DNA of 64,000 bases, from contig JAWBQR010000001.1 of NCBI GenBank assembly GCA_038845265.1, positions 96,001 to 160,000 on the forward strand. The letters are read 5' to 3'. This document shows, piece by piece, positions 28,000 to 37,840 of the stretch. Source of the DNA: Nitrososphaerota archaeon (GTDB lineage Archaea > Thermoproteota > Nitrososphaeria_A > Caldarchaeales > Calditenuaceae). The notes beneath the pieces were generated by a model. That model had not been told where the DNA came from. It ran no database searches and saw nothing but the letters and a program-made list of their open reading frames with translations. Made by a program: the position numbers and the translations under genes. Position 1 is the first letter of the stretch; the number at the start of each line of letters is the position of its first letter.

Positions 28000-29220
28000 T
28001 CATCTATCCCACTCGACTGGCCATACGTTTTGGCTCCAGTATATAGCGGGTATCTCGGCTATCTTAGCGCCTCTGGCCAGGTATGGAATTACGATTAGGT
28101 TCCGGAATGATGGTGTGAGCATCCTGACCCTGTAAGGCCTATCTGTGCCGTCCGACCTGACATAGTAGACGTTCTCTCCGTGTGCCGCCTCAGCTCTCCC
28201 GATTGCCTCTCCTGCAGGGACCCTGATATTCACTGGGTGCTGCTTATTCTTCACTGGCCCTTCTGGAAGCGCCTCGACCGCCTGAGTGATTATTCTGATG
28301 CTCTGCCGCATCTCTTCGAATGCCACAACTGCTCTTGCATATGAATCTCCTTCACTTCTTATCGGGACCTCGAACTTGAATTCCTTATAGGCGTCGTACG
28401 GCTCATCTATCCTGACGTCCCTCTTGATTCCACAGGCCCTAAGCGTCACTCCCACTGCGCCCAGTTTAACCGCTTCCTGAGCTGTGAGCTTCCCGACATT
28501 TACTGTCCTGTCCATAAAGAGTGCATTGTCCAGTATCAGGTCCCAGTAATGGTCAAGCCTCGCATCGAGGAACTCCATCACTCTCAGGACATATTTCTGA
28601 AAGTCGTCAGTCAATTCGTCCTCGTTTGGTGACTTGCCGGTAGCGTCTCTGTACCAGGCCCTGAACTGCTTTACTAATCCGCTTGGCACCTTCTTTGGCA
28701 CATCATTCCTCACTCCACCGGGAACAAAGTATGAATGAGTTATTCTCTGTCCGCCCATGAACTGGACTAGGTCAACTATGAATTCACGGTCGCCGAATGC
28801 CCACATAAATGTCGTCGTCAATCCGAGGAATACGCCATAAAGCGCGAAGTAGTAGAAGTGGCTTCCAATCCTGTTTAGCTCGGCGACTATAGGCCTGATA
28901 TACTTAGCCCTCAGCGGCGGATCTACTCCCATCAATTTCTCAACGGCTAGGCAGTAGGGATAGAGAAGACCAGCCGCGTCGAGGATCGCCGGCCTCTCAA
29001 GGTGAGGTATATTTGTTATCCATGTCTTGTACTCGCAGAGTTTCTCCTCACCCCTGTGGACGAAGCCTATATCTGGCTCGAGTGAGAGAACCGTATCGCC
29101 TATGACTCTGACTATAAATCTGCAATGACCTGTTCCTGGATGCTGGGGCCCATATGAGAACGCCATCCCCTCGCCAGTATCGTAAATGGATACCTCCTTG
29201 ACCTCATCTGGACAATCCAT
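28000..29220 (-). CDS. nuoD: NADH-quinone oxidoreductase subunit D
   Basis: GPQHP, GFVHRGEEK, ELNRIGSH, PGGVRND, GDSYAR and C-terminal PVEWDR; no NiFe CxxC motifs. Confidence 0.92.
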   Translation of the reverse strand: MDCPDEVKEVSIYDTGEGMAFSYGPQHPGTGHCRFIVRVIGDTVLSLEPDIGFVHRGEEKLCEYKTWITNIPHLERPAILDAAGLLYPYCLAVEKLMGVDPPLRAKYIRPIVAELNRIGSHFYYFALYGVFLGLTTTFMWAFGDREFIVDLVQFMGGQRITHSYFVPGGVRNDVPKKVPSGLVKQFRAWYRDATGKSPNEDELTDDFQKYVLRVMEFLDARLDHYWDLILDNALFMDRTVNVGKLTAQEAVKLGAVGVTLRACGIKRDVRIDEPYDAYKEFKFEVPIRSEGDSYARAVVAFEEMRQSIRIITQAVEALPEGPVKNKQHPVNIRVPAGEAIGRAEAAHGENVYYVRSDGTDRPYRVRMLTPSFRNLIVIPYLARGAKIAEIPAIYWSQNVWPVEWDR

Positions 29221-29269
29221 GACTTACCGATAAAACTCATTGCCGCGCCTTTAATATAGTATTTTTCGT

Positions 29270-29464
29270 CTACTTACCCGTTCTCTGCATCCTAAATACC
29301 ACTAATCCAAGCAACAGTAATATGATGAATATCAATAGTCCTAGGCGGAGAAATATTCCAAGGACTGCCCTTATACCAGTGAGTAATCCCCACGTAAAGA
29401 TGCTGAATGCGCTTACAAAAGTAACCAGAATGATTATCAATATCATCAATGACCGGGGGCTCAT
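29270..29464 (-). CDS. Small 2-TM membrane protein between nuoC and nuoD
   Basis: A 64-aa hydrophobic ORF that fills the gap, is co-oriented, and starts 11 nt after the nuoC stop. Confidence 0.6.
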   Translation of the reverse strand: MSPRSLMILIIILVTFVSAFSIFTWGLLTGIRAVLGIFLRLGLLIFIILLLLGLVVFRMQRTGK

Positions 29465-29475
29465 GATTGTGATTC

Positions 29476-29964
29476 CTACCTGCCCGGAGGCTTATAATCC
29501 TTCCTTAGAGGCGGGATATCTGACCACCATTCTGGCAAGAGCAATCTCCTAAGGTTAGGATGACCAGTGAAGATTATTCCAAACATCTCATATGTCTCAC
29601 GCTCATGATACTCGCAGCTCGGCCAAATCGAGGTAAGCGAGGAGAGCTCGGGATTATCCCTAGGAATCTTGGTAGAGAGTGTTAGGACGATGGATCCTAA
29701 TTCGGGAACAGTATATGAGCCCAGGTGATACATGACCTCGAAGGCGTTCTCAGGCGGCTTTAATGCTGATAGGTCAACGCCAGTCACACCCTTGACGTGG
29801 TCAAATCCCCTTTCCCTCAGAAGTTTCGCGGCTCTAATCAGTGCATCCTTCTCAACAGTTATCTTAATGATCTTTTTATCGAACTTCTCCTCCTTTATCG
29901 AGCCGCCTAAATTCTGCTTCACCGAGTTAATTATTTCTGTAATGATTAATTCGCTCAACTTCAA
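29476..29964 (-). CDS. nuoC: NADH-quinone oxidoreductase subunit C
   Basis: VTGVD, HERETYEMFGIIFTGHPNLRRLLLP and PLRKDY. Confidence 0.93.
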   Translation of the reverse strand: MKLSELIITEIINSVKQNLGGSIKEEKFDKKIIKITVEKDALIRAAKLLRERGFDHVKGVTGVDLSALKPPENAFEVMYHLGSYTVPELGSIVLTLSTKIPRDNPELSSLTSIWPSCEYHERETYEMFGIIFTGHPNLRRLLLPEWWSDIPPLRKDYKPPGR

Positions 29965-30011
29965 TTACTCATTACTGAGCTTAGATATAGAGATATTTTC
30001 GGTAAGGATTG

Positions 30012-30662
30012 TTAGAGAAATTCGCCAAGTATTTTGTCCCTTAGCAGTAGTAGTCCTTGGATTAGGGCCTCTGGCCTAGGTGGACAACCAGGTACGTATA
30101 CATCCACCGGCACGATGTCGTCTACTCCCTGAATAACGTTGTAGGAGTCCTTAGCGTATAGCCCTCCAGATATTGCACATGCACCCATAGCTACAACCCA
30201 CTTCGGGTCAGGCATCTGGTCATAGATTATTCTTACACGCTGAGCCATCTTTGTCGTAACCGTGCCTTCAATTACTATTACATCCGACTGCCTAAGCGAG
30301 CCGACAGCATTCAGGAATCCAAATCTTTCAGGATCATACCTTGGACTGACGCTACCCGCAAACTCCACTGAGCAGCATGCAGTCGTTAGATGAACAGGAA
30401 ATAAGGAAGAAAGCCGGCCCCAATTCACTAAGTATCTTATAAGGGATCTTCTTCTAATCCACTGAATTATGAAGTTCGGACCATTTCTTCCCTCAACCCT
30501 ATTTACCCTTCCTAGCCCGTATAGCTTAATTGCTTCTCTTTTTTCCTCCTCAGGAATGACTGACTCTTCAAACAGATCAACAATTTTTTCCGATTGTAAG
30601 GTGGAGATCCTAAAGTTGCCTGTTCTAATTCTGAAGCCAATGCCTTGAGGAGCTGAGGACAT
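30012..30662 (-). CDS. nuoB: NADH-quinone oxidoreductase subunit B
   Basis: TACCSVE, QMPDPKWVVAMGACA and VDVYVPGCPPRPEA. Confidence 0.95.
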   Translation of the reverse strand: MSSAPQGIGFRIRTGNFRISTLQSEKIVDLFEESVIPEEEKREAIKLYGLGRVNRVEGRNGPNFIIQWIRRRSLIRYLVNWGRLSSLFPVHLTTACCSVEFAGSVSPRYDPERFGFLNAVGSLRQSDVIVIEGTVTTKMAQRVRIIYDQMPDPKWVVAMGACAISGGLYAKDSYNVIQGVDDIVPVDVYVPGCPPRPEALIQGLLLLRDKILGEFL

Positions 30663-30746
30663 CCCCAGAAAACATGTTCTACCTTGTTAATTAACTGTTC
30701 CCAAGCAATCGAAAACTTAATCAAAGAATCTGAACAAGGTTTCATC

Positions 30747-31103
30747 ATGAGGGTCTGGAAGCTGAGGAATGATTGGGATGTGTTGAGGCCGGGCGTTTAT
30801 AGACAGATGCTTTCGTTTGACGAGAACATAATGCTTATGATTGTTAAAATCCATCCAGGTGCATGTGTTCCGAAACATAGTCATAGCAATCTACAGACTG
30901 GAGTAGTGATCAAGGGCAAGCTATTATTCCGGACTGATCGCGGAGAGATGGAGATTTCAGAGGGCTGGTCCTACTATATTGAGCCCAATGAGAACCATGA
31001 AGTCTACAACACTACGGATAGGGAGGCCGTGGCGCTTGATATCTTTATGCCAAAGAGGGATGACTACACGCCCTACACACGTCCGCCAGACGTTTCATTA
31101 TAG
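30747..31103 (+). CDS. Cupin-domain protein
   Basis: PKHSH...Q.G.V..G and IEPNENHEV cupin motifs; ATG at 30747. Confidence 0.85.
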   Translation: MRVWKLRNDWDVLRPGVYRQMLSFDENIMLMIVKIHPGACVPKHSHSNLQTGVVIKGKLLFRTDRGEMEISEGWSYYIEPNENHEVYNTTDREAVALDIFMPKRDDYTPYTRPPDVSL

Positions 31104-31104
31104 G

Positions 31105-31755
31105 TTAATCTTGTATTTTTATCCTACTAATGCTCGTCTCTCTCCTAAAGTATAGATATGCAGCAATGGACGTAACGAGAAAAACAATGATCGGTATCGA
31201 TAATGCAATTAGGCCGCCGCCAAGAATGTATGGATAGGTCAGGGAGATAGACAATACTAGTGATGTCGGCAGGATGATGATGAACAATGCAACCAAGAGA
31301 ATCCTCCTAGATTGCCTATGCATTGATAATATCTTGGCGGACTTTATCCAGCTATCCTTTACCTCTATCTTTACTCCATGTTGATTACTTAATCGTCCTA
31401 TATGACGATTGAGTTCTGACAATAAGATGGGGTCAGATGCGCCGAATCCGTCTCTCTTGACCACTCCTACGGGCTCATTCTCTCTTAATATGTGGATATC
31501 CGGCGGAGAGAAAACCACATTCATTCCAAAATTTTTTGCTATCCAATTGACCTTAAGTATCATTTTTGAGTCTAGCTCTATGTTAAGTTCTGGGCCTGAA
31601 TACCCAATGATTAATGGATTGAAAGAATAGATCTTATTGATGACTAATTCGTTGTCCCTGAATGTTGGCATCGTTAGCATTATTGTTGATAATGGTTTAC
31701 CATTATCTACCTCTCCTTTAATCCACTCTAATGCCTTTTCGAATGCCCCAGTCAA
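31105..31755 (-). CDS. Hypothetical protein with two C-terminal TM helices
   Basis: A 216-aa ORF filling the gap, with a hydrophobic C-terminus. No family recognised. Confidence 0.6.
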   Translation of the reverse strand: MTGAFEKALEWIKGEVDNGKPLSTIMLTMPTFRDNELVINKIYSFNPLIIGYSGPELNIELDSKMILKVNWIAKNFGMNVVFSPPDIHILRENEPVGVVKRDGFGASDPILLSELNRHIGRLSNQHGVKIEVKDSWIKSAKILSMHRQSRRILLVALFIIILPTSLVLSISLTYPYILGGGLIALSIPIIVFLVTSIAAYLYFRRETSISRIKIQD

Positions 31756-31792
31756 CTCGAGCAGAATAATTTTATCAGGCTAATTTTAGTCT

Positions 31793-32521
31793 TTACTTCT
31801 CTGCGCCCACCCTTATTGTAGTGTCTACTGTTCTGATTGCTGCGGGCGGTAGACTTACAGTTACTTTGACCTTGTCGCCATCTTTTAGCCCATATTTTCC
31901 TCTTAGATAAATTGGGGATATTACCTCGATGACGTTTTCGCCATAGTGTGTCCTCTCTATGAATAGTATGGCGCAGATGTCCTTCTCATTGAATGTTCCG
32001 AGTATTCCCCTGACCTGGCCATATGTCCTTACACCATTCCTAAAGCCTTCAATCTCTACGTCTGCGTACCTCTTGACTAGCTCCCTATTCTCTATCGCGT
32101 CCTTTGAGAGGAGATTTATGTTCAGTGTTCCTGGATAAGGGTCAAAGCCAAACTTTTCTCTTATCTGTCTCCGGTAGTAGTCCTGTGATAAGTAGTATGC
32201 TCCTTCTCCGAGCCCTGTGAATATTCTACCATCAAGTGTTACTTCCATGGGTCTTTCAATAATTGATTTAAGCTCCATGTATAGATTTTTGAGCTCGTTT
32301 ATTCCTTTCTCGGTAAGCTTGATGTAGCTTAGACGCCCCACTATTCTTCTCTCTATTAATCCCTCATTCTCCATTTTTATGAGGATTCTAGAGGCGGACT
32401 GTTGCGAAGTTCCCAGCATCTGGGCGAGTGTGGGAGTCGTGAATTTAACACTTTTTACATATGCTTCGTTTTCAGCTAATAATAACAATGTTTTTAGATG
32501 CATCTTATTTAAATTCATCAA
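31793..32521 (-). CDS. ribK: CTP-dependent riboflavin kinase with N-terminal HTH (RbkR type)
   Basis: HTH LAQMLGTSQQSASR; GLGEGAYYL, PYPGTLN, ERTHY and LRGKYGLKDGD. Confidence 0.92.
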   Translation of the reverse strand: MMNLNKMHLKTLLLLAENEAYVKSVKFTTPTLAQMLGTSQQSASRILIKMENEGLIERRIVGRLSYIKLTEKGINELKNLYMELKSIIERPMEVTLDGRIFTGLGEGAYYLSQDYYRRQIREKFGFDPYPGTLNINLLSKDAIENRELVKRYADVEIEGFRNGVRTYGQVRGILGTFNEKDICAILFIERTHYGENVIEVISPIYLRGKYGLKDGDKVKVTVSLPPAAIRTVDTTIRVGAEK

Positions 32522-32597
32522 ATATTACAGTGTTATACTCCTATTTTACCTTAACCTACCCAAAAATGAGGCATAAGACAAACGGATGAGTAAATTA

Positions 32598-33206
32598 TCA
32601 GCTTATGGTTATTGAGTCGTCCTTCACGACTCCCTTTGGCCCAATTAGTAAGATATCTATTCCGTTCCCGCTGCCAGCGTCCCTAGCAATGGCGGCCTTC
32701 ATAGACCTCACAGCGAGATCGTATATTTCTGGTCCTGATAGGTCAGGCCGATAACTACTCTCTAATACGCCCACCGCTATCTCTGCTCCCGACCCAACAA
32801 CGGCGAAGTCATCCTCGATGAGTGACCCGAGAGGGTCTAAGACGAAGACATGAGCCCCAGTAGAGTCAAATCCTCCAACTATAGTCTCAGTAATGTATGG
32901 AAAGTATCTGCTTCCAAATAAGTAATTCGAGAGGATCTTTGCGACTGAGTTTACCGAGGCTGTTCGCTGATTCTCTATCTGGTATAGATTTACGGCCGCC
33001 GTTATTTCTTTGAGGAGGTTCTGCATGTCCGAGACAAGCCCCGCGCAGGCAGCACCGATCGTCGGGGTTATCTTGAAGACCTTTCTCACGTTCTTGGAGA
33101 CTACGAAGTAGCCATAGGAAAGCCTCTTCTCCGAGGCCAGTACCACGCTGTCTTTTCCCCTGATTCCAAGCGTGGTCGCGCCTGGGAATGGAAACTGAGT
33201 ACTCAT
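32598..33206 (-). CDS. psmB: Proteasome beta subunit
   Basis: GATTLGI, VVLASEKR, AGLVSD, LDPLGS, GSGAEIAVG and RDAGSGNGID. Confidence 0.93.
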   Translation of the reverse strand: MSTQFPFPGATTLGIRGKDSVVLASEKRLSYGYFVVSKNVRKVFKITPTIGAACAGLVSDMQNLLKEITAAVNLYQIENQRTASVNSVAKILSNYLFGSRYFPYITETIVGGFDSTGAHVFVLDPLGSLIEDDFAVVGSGAEIAVGVLESSYRPDLSGPEIYDLAVRSMKAAIARDAGSGNGIDILLIGPKGVVKDDSITIS

Positions 33207-33302
33207 CTCGAGTCCCAATAAAAAATGTGCATGGCATGTTTTAAGTGTTCTTCTGAGACAACACCGATGATTAAAGATTAATAAGTCGAGTACTATATAC
33301 CA

Positions 33303-33803
33303 ATGATAAGAATGGAGACTCAGACACGCGATGTCAGGATAATCGTCAGGATGCTAGGCACTGATCTTGACGGCACTAAGCAAGTTCCATATGCACTTGC
33401 GAAGATCTTCGGCGTCGGAGTCAATTTTGGCTATGCCGTAGCTCGTGCAGTAGGAATAGACCCTTCCCTCAAGCTCGGGCAGCTAACCGAGCATCAGATA
33501 TCACTTCTGGAGGACGGGATAAGAAATCCATCAAAGTATAGAATACCTGCATGGCTGTACAACGATAGAAAAGATCCAGTAACGGGACGCGATATACACC
33601 TAGTGGGCCCAGACCTAGAGCTCAATATAAAGGAGAATATTCAGCGAGAGATGAGAATAAAGTCTTGGAGAGGAGTCCGACACTCTCTCGGACTAAAGGT
33701 TAGAGGGCAGAGAACTAGAACTACGGGCAGGAAAGGAGGACCAGTCGGAGTCGCGAGGAGAGCGGTTGCAGAGGCAGGCGGCTCAGGCGAGTCTAAGAAG
33801 TAG
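33303..33803 (+). CDS. rpsM: 30S ribosomal protein S13 (uS13)
   Basis: GTDLDG, IPAWLYN and SWRGVRHSLGLKVRGQRTRTTGR. Confidence 0.97.
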   Translation: MIRMETQTRDVRIIVRMLGTDLDGTKQVPYALAKIFGVGVNFGYAVARAVGIDPSLKLGQLTEHQISLLEDGIRNPSKYRIPAWLYNDRKDPVTGRDIHLVGPDLELNIKENIQREMRIKSWRGVRHSLGLKVRGQRTRTTGRKGGPVGVARRAVAEAGGSGESKK

Positions 33804-33804
33804 A

Positions 33805-34932
33805 TTATTGCTTTTCCCAGATACTCCTAGCCAGGCTTGCTCCTTCTACTAGGCTAAGCTCTTTCTTGTACGCGACCTCCCATCTTCTAGTTCTTAGGCC
33901 ACAGTCATTACAGGCAATCACTAGGGACGGGTCTCCCAGTAACTTTGCTGAGTAGAGCAGCCTATCGCTGACGAGGTCCGGACTCTCGATGAAGTCTGTA
34001 TGAACATCGATTACGCCCGGAGCAACCTTGAATTTTACACCGTACTCCCTGAAAATTTTCAGAATCAAGTATCCCCTCCTCTTCTCATCGTCCTGTCCCT
34101 TGTATGGTGTATCACGGTTCGCACATTCTATCGAGAGCTCGTCGATCTTCATCTCTAACACGTGTGGGAAGAGTCTCCTATAATCGCTATAACAGATGTG
34201 GAGGGTGAATATTGCATCTATGCCTGTGACAACCTTGTTGAAGGCCTCGACGAATAGTTGCATCTCTTCAGGATTCGTCGTCGCAGCGGGTTCATCTATC
34301 TGTATACGTTTAGCCCCGGCGTCGCTCAGCTTCTTTATGACTGGACGCAGAACCTTCTCGGCCATGTCGAGGACCAAGTCTCTCCGAGCAAGCCTCTTCC
34401 TCTCCATGATGTTCTTCACATTCTTATGCATTGCGTAGTGATGCTCAGGGAAGCTCCAGTCGGCAAGTGTATATGGACCTGTAACAGGTATCTTCAGCTC
34501 CCTGGAAGCGAACCTTTTTGCGAATAAAAATTCATTGAGGTATATTGGGTTGAGTAGTCTTGGCTCAGAGACTATTGCGGCCTTGTTGTAAGTCTCAACG
34601 TCCCATACCTTGACCTTTCCATAAAAGACAGCTCCCTCAATGTTCCTCAGTGGATACTCATACATCTCTACTCTTCTCTGCTCACCGTCCCAGACGACGT
34701 CGAGGCCTGCGCTCTCGAAGAATCTCAACCCATAGATTGAGGCCCATTCATATAGCTCATCCCTAACATACTTGCCAGTCTTGAGAATCTCAACCAGTTT
34801 CTCATACTCAGGGACGCAGAGCAGTCTACCCCAATACTCTGTCTCGCTTATCTCCCTCTCAGAGATTGTCTTCTTGAGGAATGGCGCGCGTAGGAGACTT
34901 CCAACCTCCTGTGTTGGGAAAAGCTTCTTCAT
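33805..34932 (-). CDS. metE: Cobalamin-independent methionine synthase, catalytic (core-MetE) subunit
   Basis: TQEVGS, DGEQRR, KIPVTGPYT, QIDEPA, and Zn ligands LHIC and DCGL. Confidence 0.9.
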   Translation of the reverse strand: MKKLFPTQEVGSLLRAPFLKKTISEREISETEYWGRLLCVPEYEKLVEILKTGKYVRDELYEWASIYGLRFFESAGLDVVWDGEQRRVEMYEYPLRNIEGAVFYGKVKVWDVETYNKAAIVSEPRLLNPIYLNEFLFAKRFASRELKIPVTGPYTLADWSFPEHHYAMHKNVKNIMERKRLARRDLVLDMAEKVLRPVIKKLSDAGAKRIQIDEPAATTNPEEMQLFVEAFNKVVTGIDAIFTLHICYSDYRRLFPHVLEMKIDELSIECANRDTPYKGQDDEKRRGYLILKIFREYGVKFKVAPGVIDVHTDFIESPDLVSDRLLYSAKLLGDPSLVIACNDCGLRTRRWEVAYKKELSLVEGASLARSIWEKQ

Positions 34933-34933
34933 A

Positions 34934-36012
34934 CTACGTACTCACCAATTTTCTATAAGCAATTCCGAGATTCATCACTTTCTTATCAGCTATTTGTCTC
35001 GGTAGGAAGTCTAGGTCGGCCGAGGGGCCGATATGTATGGCGGGAGGCTCTAGCGCCTCCAGCAACGCCTCGGCCGTGCTTACCAGTTCCTCGATAGGCT
35101 CTACATAGCTGTTTCGTGAATCAACTATTCCCACAAATATCGGTCTATCAAAGTCATGCTCAGCCAATCTCTCAATATCTGTTGCTGTAAGGTCCATGCC
35201 GAGAATTCGATAGGCTCTACATAGCTGTTTCGTGAATCAACTATTCCGGCAAATATCGGTCTATCAAAGTCATGCTCAGCCAATCTCTCAATATCTGTCG
35301 CTGTAAGGTCCATGCCGAGAATGTCTGCGCCAGAATCGAGTATCCATGGAGCAGCATTGGAGAAATCATTGAAAAAAGTGTGGAGCAATATTTCCCCATC
35401 GAAGGATTTCTTGATTAGTTCGATGCCTTGCCTCACAATCTCAACTGAGTCTTCATCCATTTTTCTCTGGGCGAGAATTGGCGCGCTTAGCTGAGCTATG
35501 GATAGTTGACTATTACTCCGAATTATAGATAATTCTCTTGCTATAATCTCAGCAATATCCAAGACCAGTTCTTTGAAACTAACATAGTACCTGTTGTCGC
35601 ACATGGAGGCAAAAGTAAATGGTTCTGGAAGTATTATTTTCCATTGTTCATTCCTCACCACATCTAAAAACAAGTAATTAATGAGGACAGGGTTCTCCCA
35701 GACTAATTCGTTGACAATGATGGGTTTTTTATAAAACATGTTATTATCAAACCACCTAGTCAATGGTCCTGGCTCCATTCCCTGTATCGTCTCGGAGAAT
35801 GGCCGGAAATGATCGTGCCAGAGAAGTTGACCCTCGATGAGTAGGGTCATACCTGCCTTCTTCTGAATCTCGGCGATCTCCCTACATTCCTTCTGAGCTG
35901 CCGATAATAGTTCCTGCTTAGTTATCTCCCCCCTGCTATGCTTCCTCATCGTCGTGAATAATTGGTCTGACCTAGGATAGAGCCCAGCCAAGTGGCACCC
36001 TGCAAACTTCAT
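34934..36012 (-). pseudogene. MetE N-terminal-half-like protein, frameshifted by a 116-bp tandem duplication (possibly an assembly artefact)
   Basis: GLYPRS, EGQLLWHD, RWFDNNMFYKKP, GIVDSRN and DLDFLP. Removing one repeat copy gives a continuous 320-aa ORF. Confidence 0.75.
35091..35322. repeat. 116-bp tandem duplication (35091-35206 and 35207-35322) with 3 mismatches
   Basis: Both copies run TCGATAGGCT...CCATGCCGAGAAT. They differ at ccac/cggc and gttgc/gtcgc. Confidence 0.95.
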
Positions 36013-36098
36013 ACCCACACTATGCCGCGGAACGCCTCGATAAATACTAAACCTAAGATAAACACTCAAATACACCAGCTCAAATGATTAATTCGTAA

Positions 36099-37556
36099 AT
36101 GGACATTGGTGCTTCTCAGTTATTTTCAGCGGCTCAAAGAGCATCAGAAATTATTAAGAAGCATGTACTGGAGGGTGCCAACATATTGGTCGTTGGGCAT
36201 AATGATGCCGACGCCCTCTCCTCAATCGGAATAGTATGTGGCTCCCTCAGTCTACTTGATGCATATGTGACTGCGAGGAGCGTCGCAAGAATAGATGAGT
36301 TTGTAGAGTCAAACATAGAGAATTACGACTTGATAGTCTTTGTAGACTTGGGCAGTGGTTACTTGTCCGACCTGAAGTCCAAGATCTCGAGGGGCGACGT
36401 AATAATTATTGACCATCATAGACCTTCTGAACTCGATATTCCGAGTAATTGGTTTCATGTCAATCCGCACTTGTTCGGAATAGATGGAATGACTGAGATC
36501 AGCGCCTCGGGGCTATCATACCTAGTATCTAGGCATCTTCACCCAGAGGCTGTAAAGTACTCAGCGATGGCAATAGTCGGAGCACTCGGGGACCTGCAGG
36601 ACAAAAATGGTGAGAGAAGGCTGAGGGGAATAAACGAGTTTATCGTCAACGAGGCAAAGGAGGCCGGAGTTATAAGCATGAGTGAGGACTTAATTCTATA
36701 TGGCCGGAGCTTCCGTGGAGTCCATCACGCATTGGCGAGTACTTACAGCCCATTCATACCTGGGCTCTCTGGAGATGAGGCTGCTTGCCTCAGCCTAGTA
36801 ATCTCATGCGGCATAGAGATTAGGAAGGGAGACCAGTGGAGAACACTCGCGGACCTATCCGAAGACGAGAAGAAGAGGCTCTACAACGGAATCATTGGGC
36901 ACCTAGCGACGCATGGCTATCCATCGTCAATCGCCTCAGAACTCATTGGGACAGTATACGAAATTAATGGAGAAGAGGCATGGACATATACGAGAGATGC
37001 GCGGGAGTTCGCTACTCTATTGAACTCCACGGGAAAGACCAATAAGGCATGGGTCGGGATCGCACTGGCCATGGGAGTTAGGGGATGGGTATTAGAGGAG
37101 GCGAATAGGTTGCTCGAGGAGTATAGAAAATCCATAGCCAGGGCGATTAACTACGTCACTACTCCTGGCGCACTCGAGCAGATGCACCACATAGTCATAC
37201 TAAGGGGTGGAACAGAGGTCGATCCTAGACAGATAAGCTCGATCGCATCGATTCTCTCCTCCTCGCAGCTTCTGCCCCAAGATAAGCCATTGATTGCGAT
37301 TGCGCAGGAGGGAGGATTGGTAAAGGTCTCTGCAAGGGCGAGCAGCAAGCTCGTAGACATTGGACTAGACCTCGGAGAAATAATGAGGAGGGCCGCAGAG
37401 ATGTATGGAGGCAAGGGTGGAGGACATAGAGTGGCCGCAGGAGCAGAGATAGCGGCGGATAGGCTGACGCTATTTTTACTGGAGGTAGATAAGCTCGTGG
37501 GCATGCATATGAGGGATGCCGGGCTTCCAGCGCAGTCAACCCTCGACGAGGCATGA
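36099..37556 (+). CDS. DHH-family phosphoesterase (RecJ-like, DHHA1)
   Basis: HNDADA, DLGSG, IIDHH, VGALGDLQ and GGGHRVAAGA. Confidence 0.92.
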   Translation: MDIGASQLFSAAQRASEIIKKHVLEGANILVVGHNDADALSSIGIVCGSLSLLDAYVTARSVARIDEFVESNIENYDLIVFVDLGSGYLSDLKSKISRGDVIIIDHHRPSELDIPSNWFHVNPHLFGIDGMTEISASGLSYLVSRHLHPEAVKYSAMAIVGALGDLQDKNGERRLRGINEFIVNEAKEAGVISMSEDLILYGRSFRGVHHALASTYSPFIPGLSGDEAACLSLVISCGIEIRKGDQWRTLADLSEDEKKRLYNGIIGHLATHGYPSSIASELIGTVYEINGEEAWTYTRDAREFATLLNSTGKTNKAWVGIALAMGVRGWVLEEANRLLEEYRKSIARAINYVTTPGALEQMHHIVILRGGTEVDPRQISSIASILSSSQLLPQDKPLIAIAQEGGLVKVSARASSKLVDIGLDLGEIMRRAAEMYGGKGGGHRVAAGAEIAADRLTLFLLEVDKLVGMHMRDAGLPAQSTLDEA

Positions 37557-37807
37557 AGATCTCTGCTACAATAATGATTAAGTTCTGCGATGAGAGTGAG
37601 GCAGCATCTGTGCTCAAAGCGGTTGAGCCGGACAACTCGCCACTTCCGCCTGGACTAAGGATAGAGACTAGGCAGGAGGGATCAACAATTTCCTTCGAGA
37701 TTATCTGTGAGAGAGGGCCTGAGTCTCTCCTCTCCACGGTCGATGACCTATTGGCGGCCATTCAGCTCGCTGAGAAGACCATCTGCAGGAGGATCGCTAA
37801 GGTATAA
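37553..37807 (+). CDS. pcc1: KEOPS complex subunit Pcc1
   Basis: AVEPDN...SLLSTVDDLL; conserved position between the DHH gene and rps3ae. Confidence 0.85.
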   Translation: MKISATIMIKFCDESEAASVLKAVEPDNSPLPPGLRIETRQEGSTISFEIICERGPESLLSTVDDLLAAIQLAEKTICRRIAKV

Positions 37808-37840
37808 AGCATCCCTAAGACGGAGATTCTTGATAAGGAT

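Noticed and set aside
28000-29220. NuoD as a group 4 NiFe-hydrogenase large subunit
   Set aside because: It lacks the N- and C-terminal CxxC motifs.
35091-35322. Repeat pair as DGR template/variable repeats
   Set aside because: The copies are adjacent, the mismatches are not adenine-specific, and there is no reverse transcriptase in the window.
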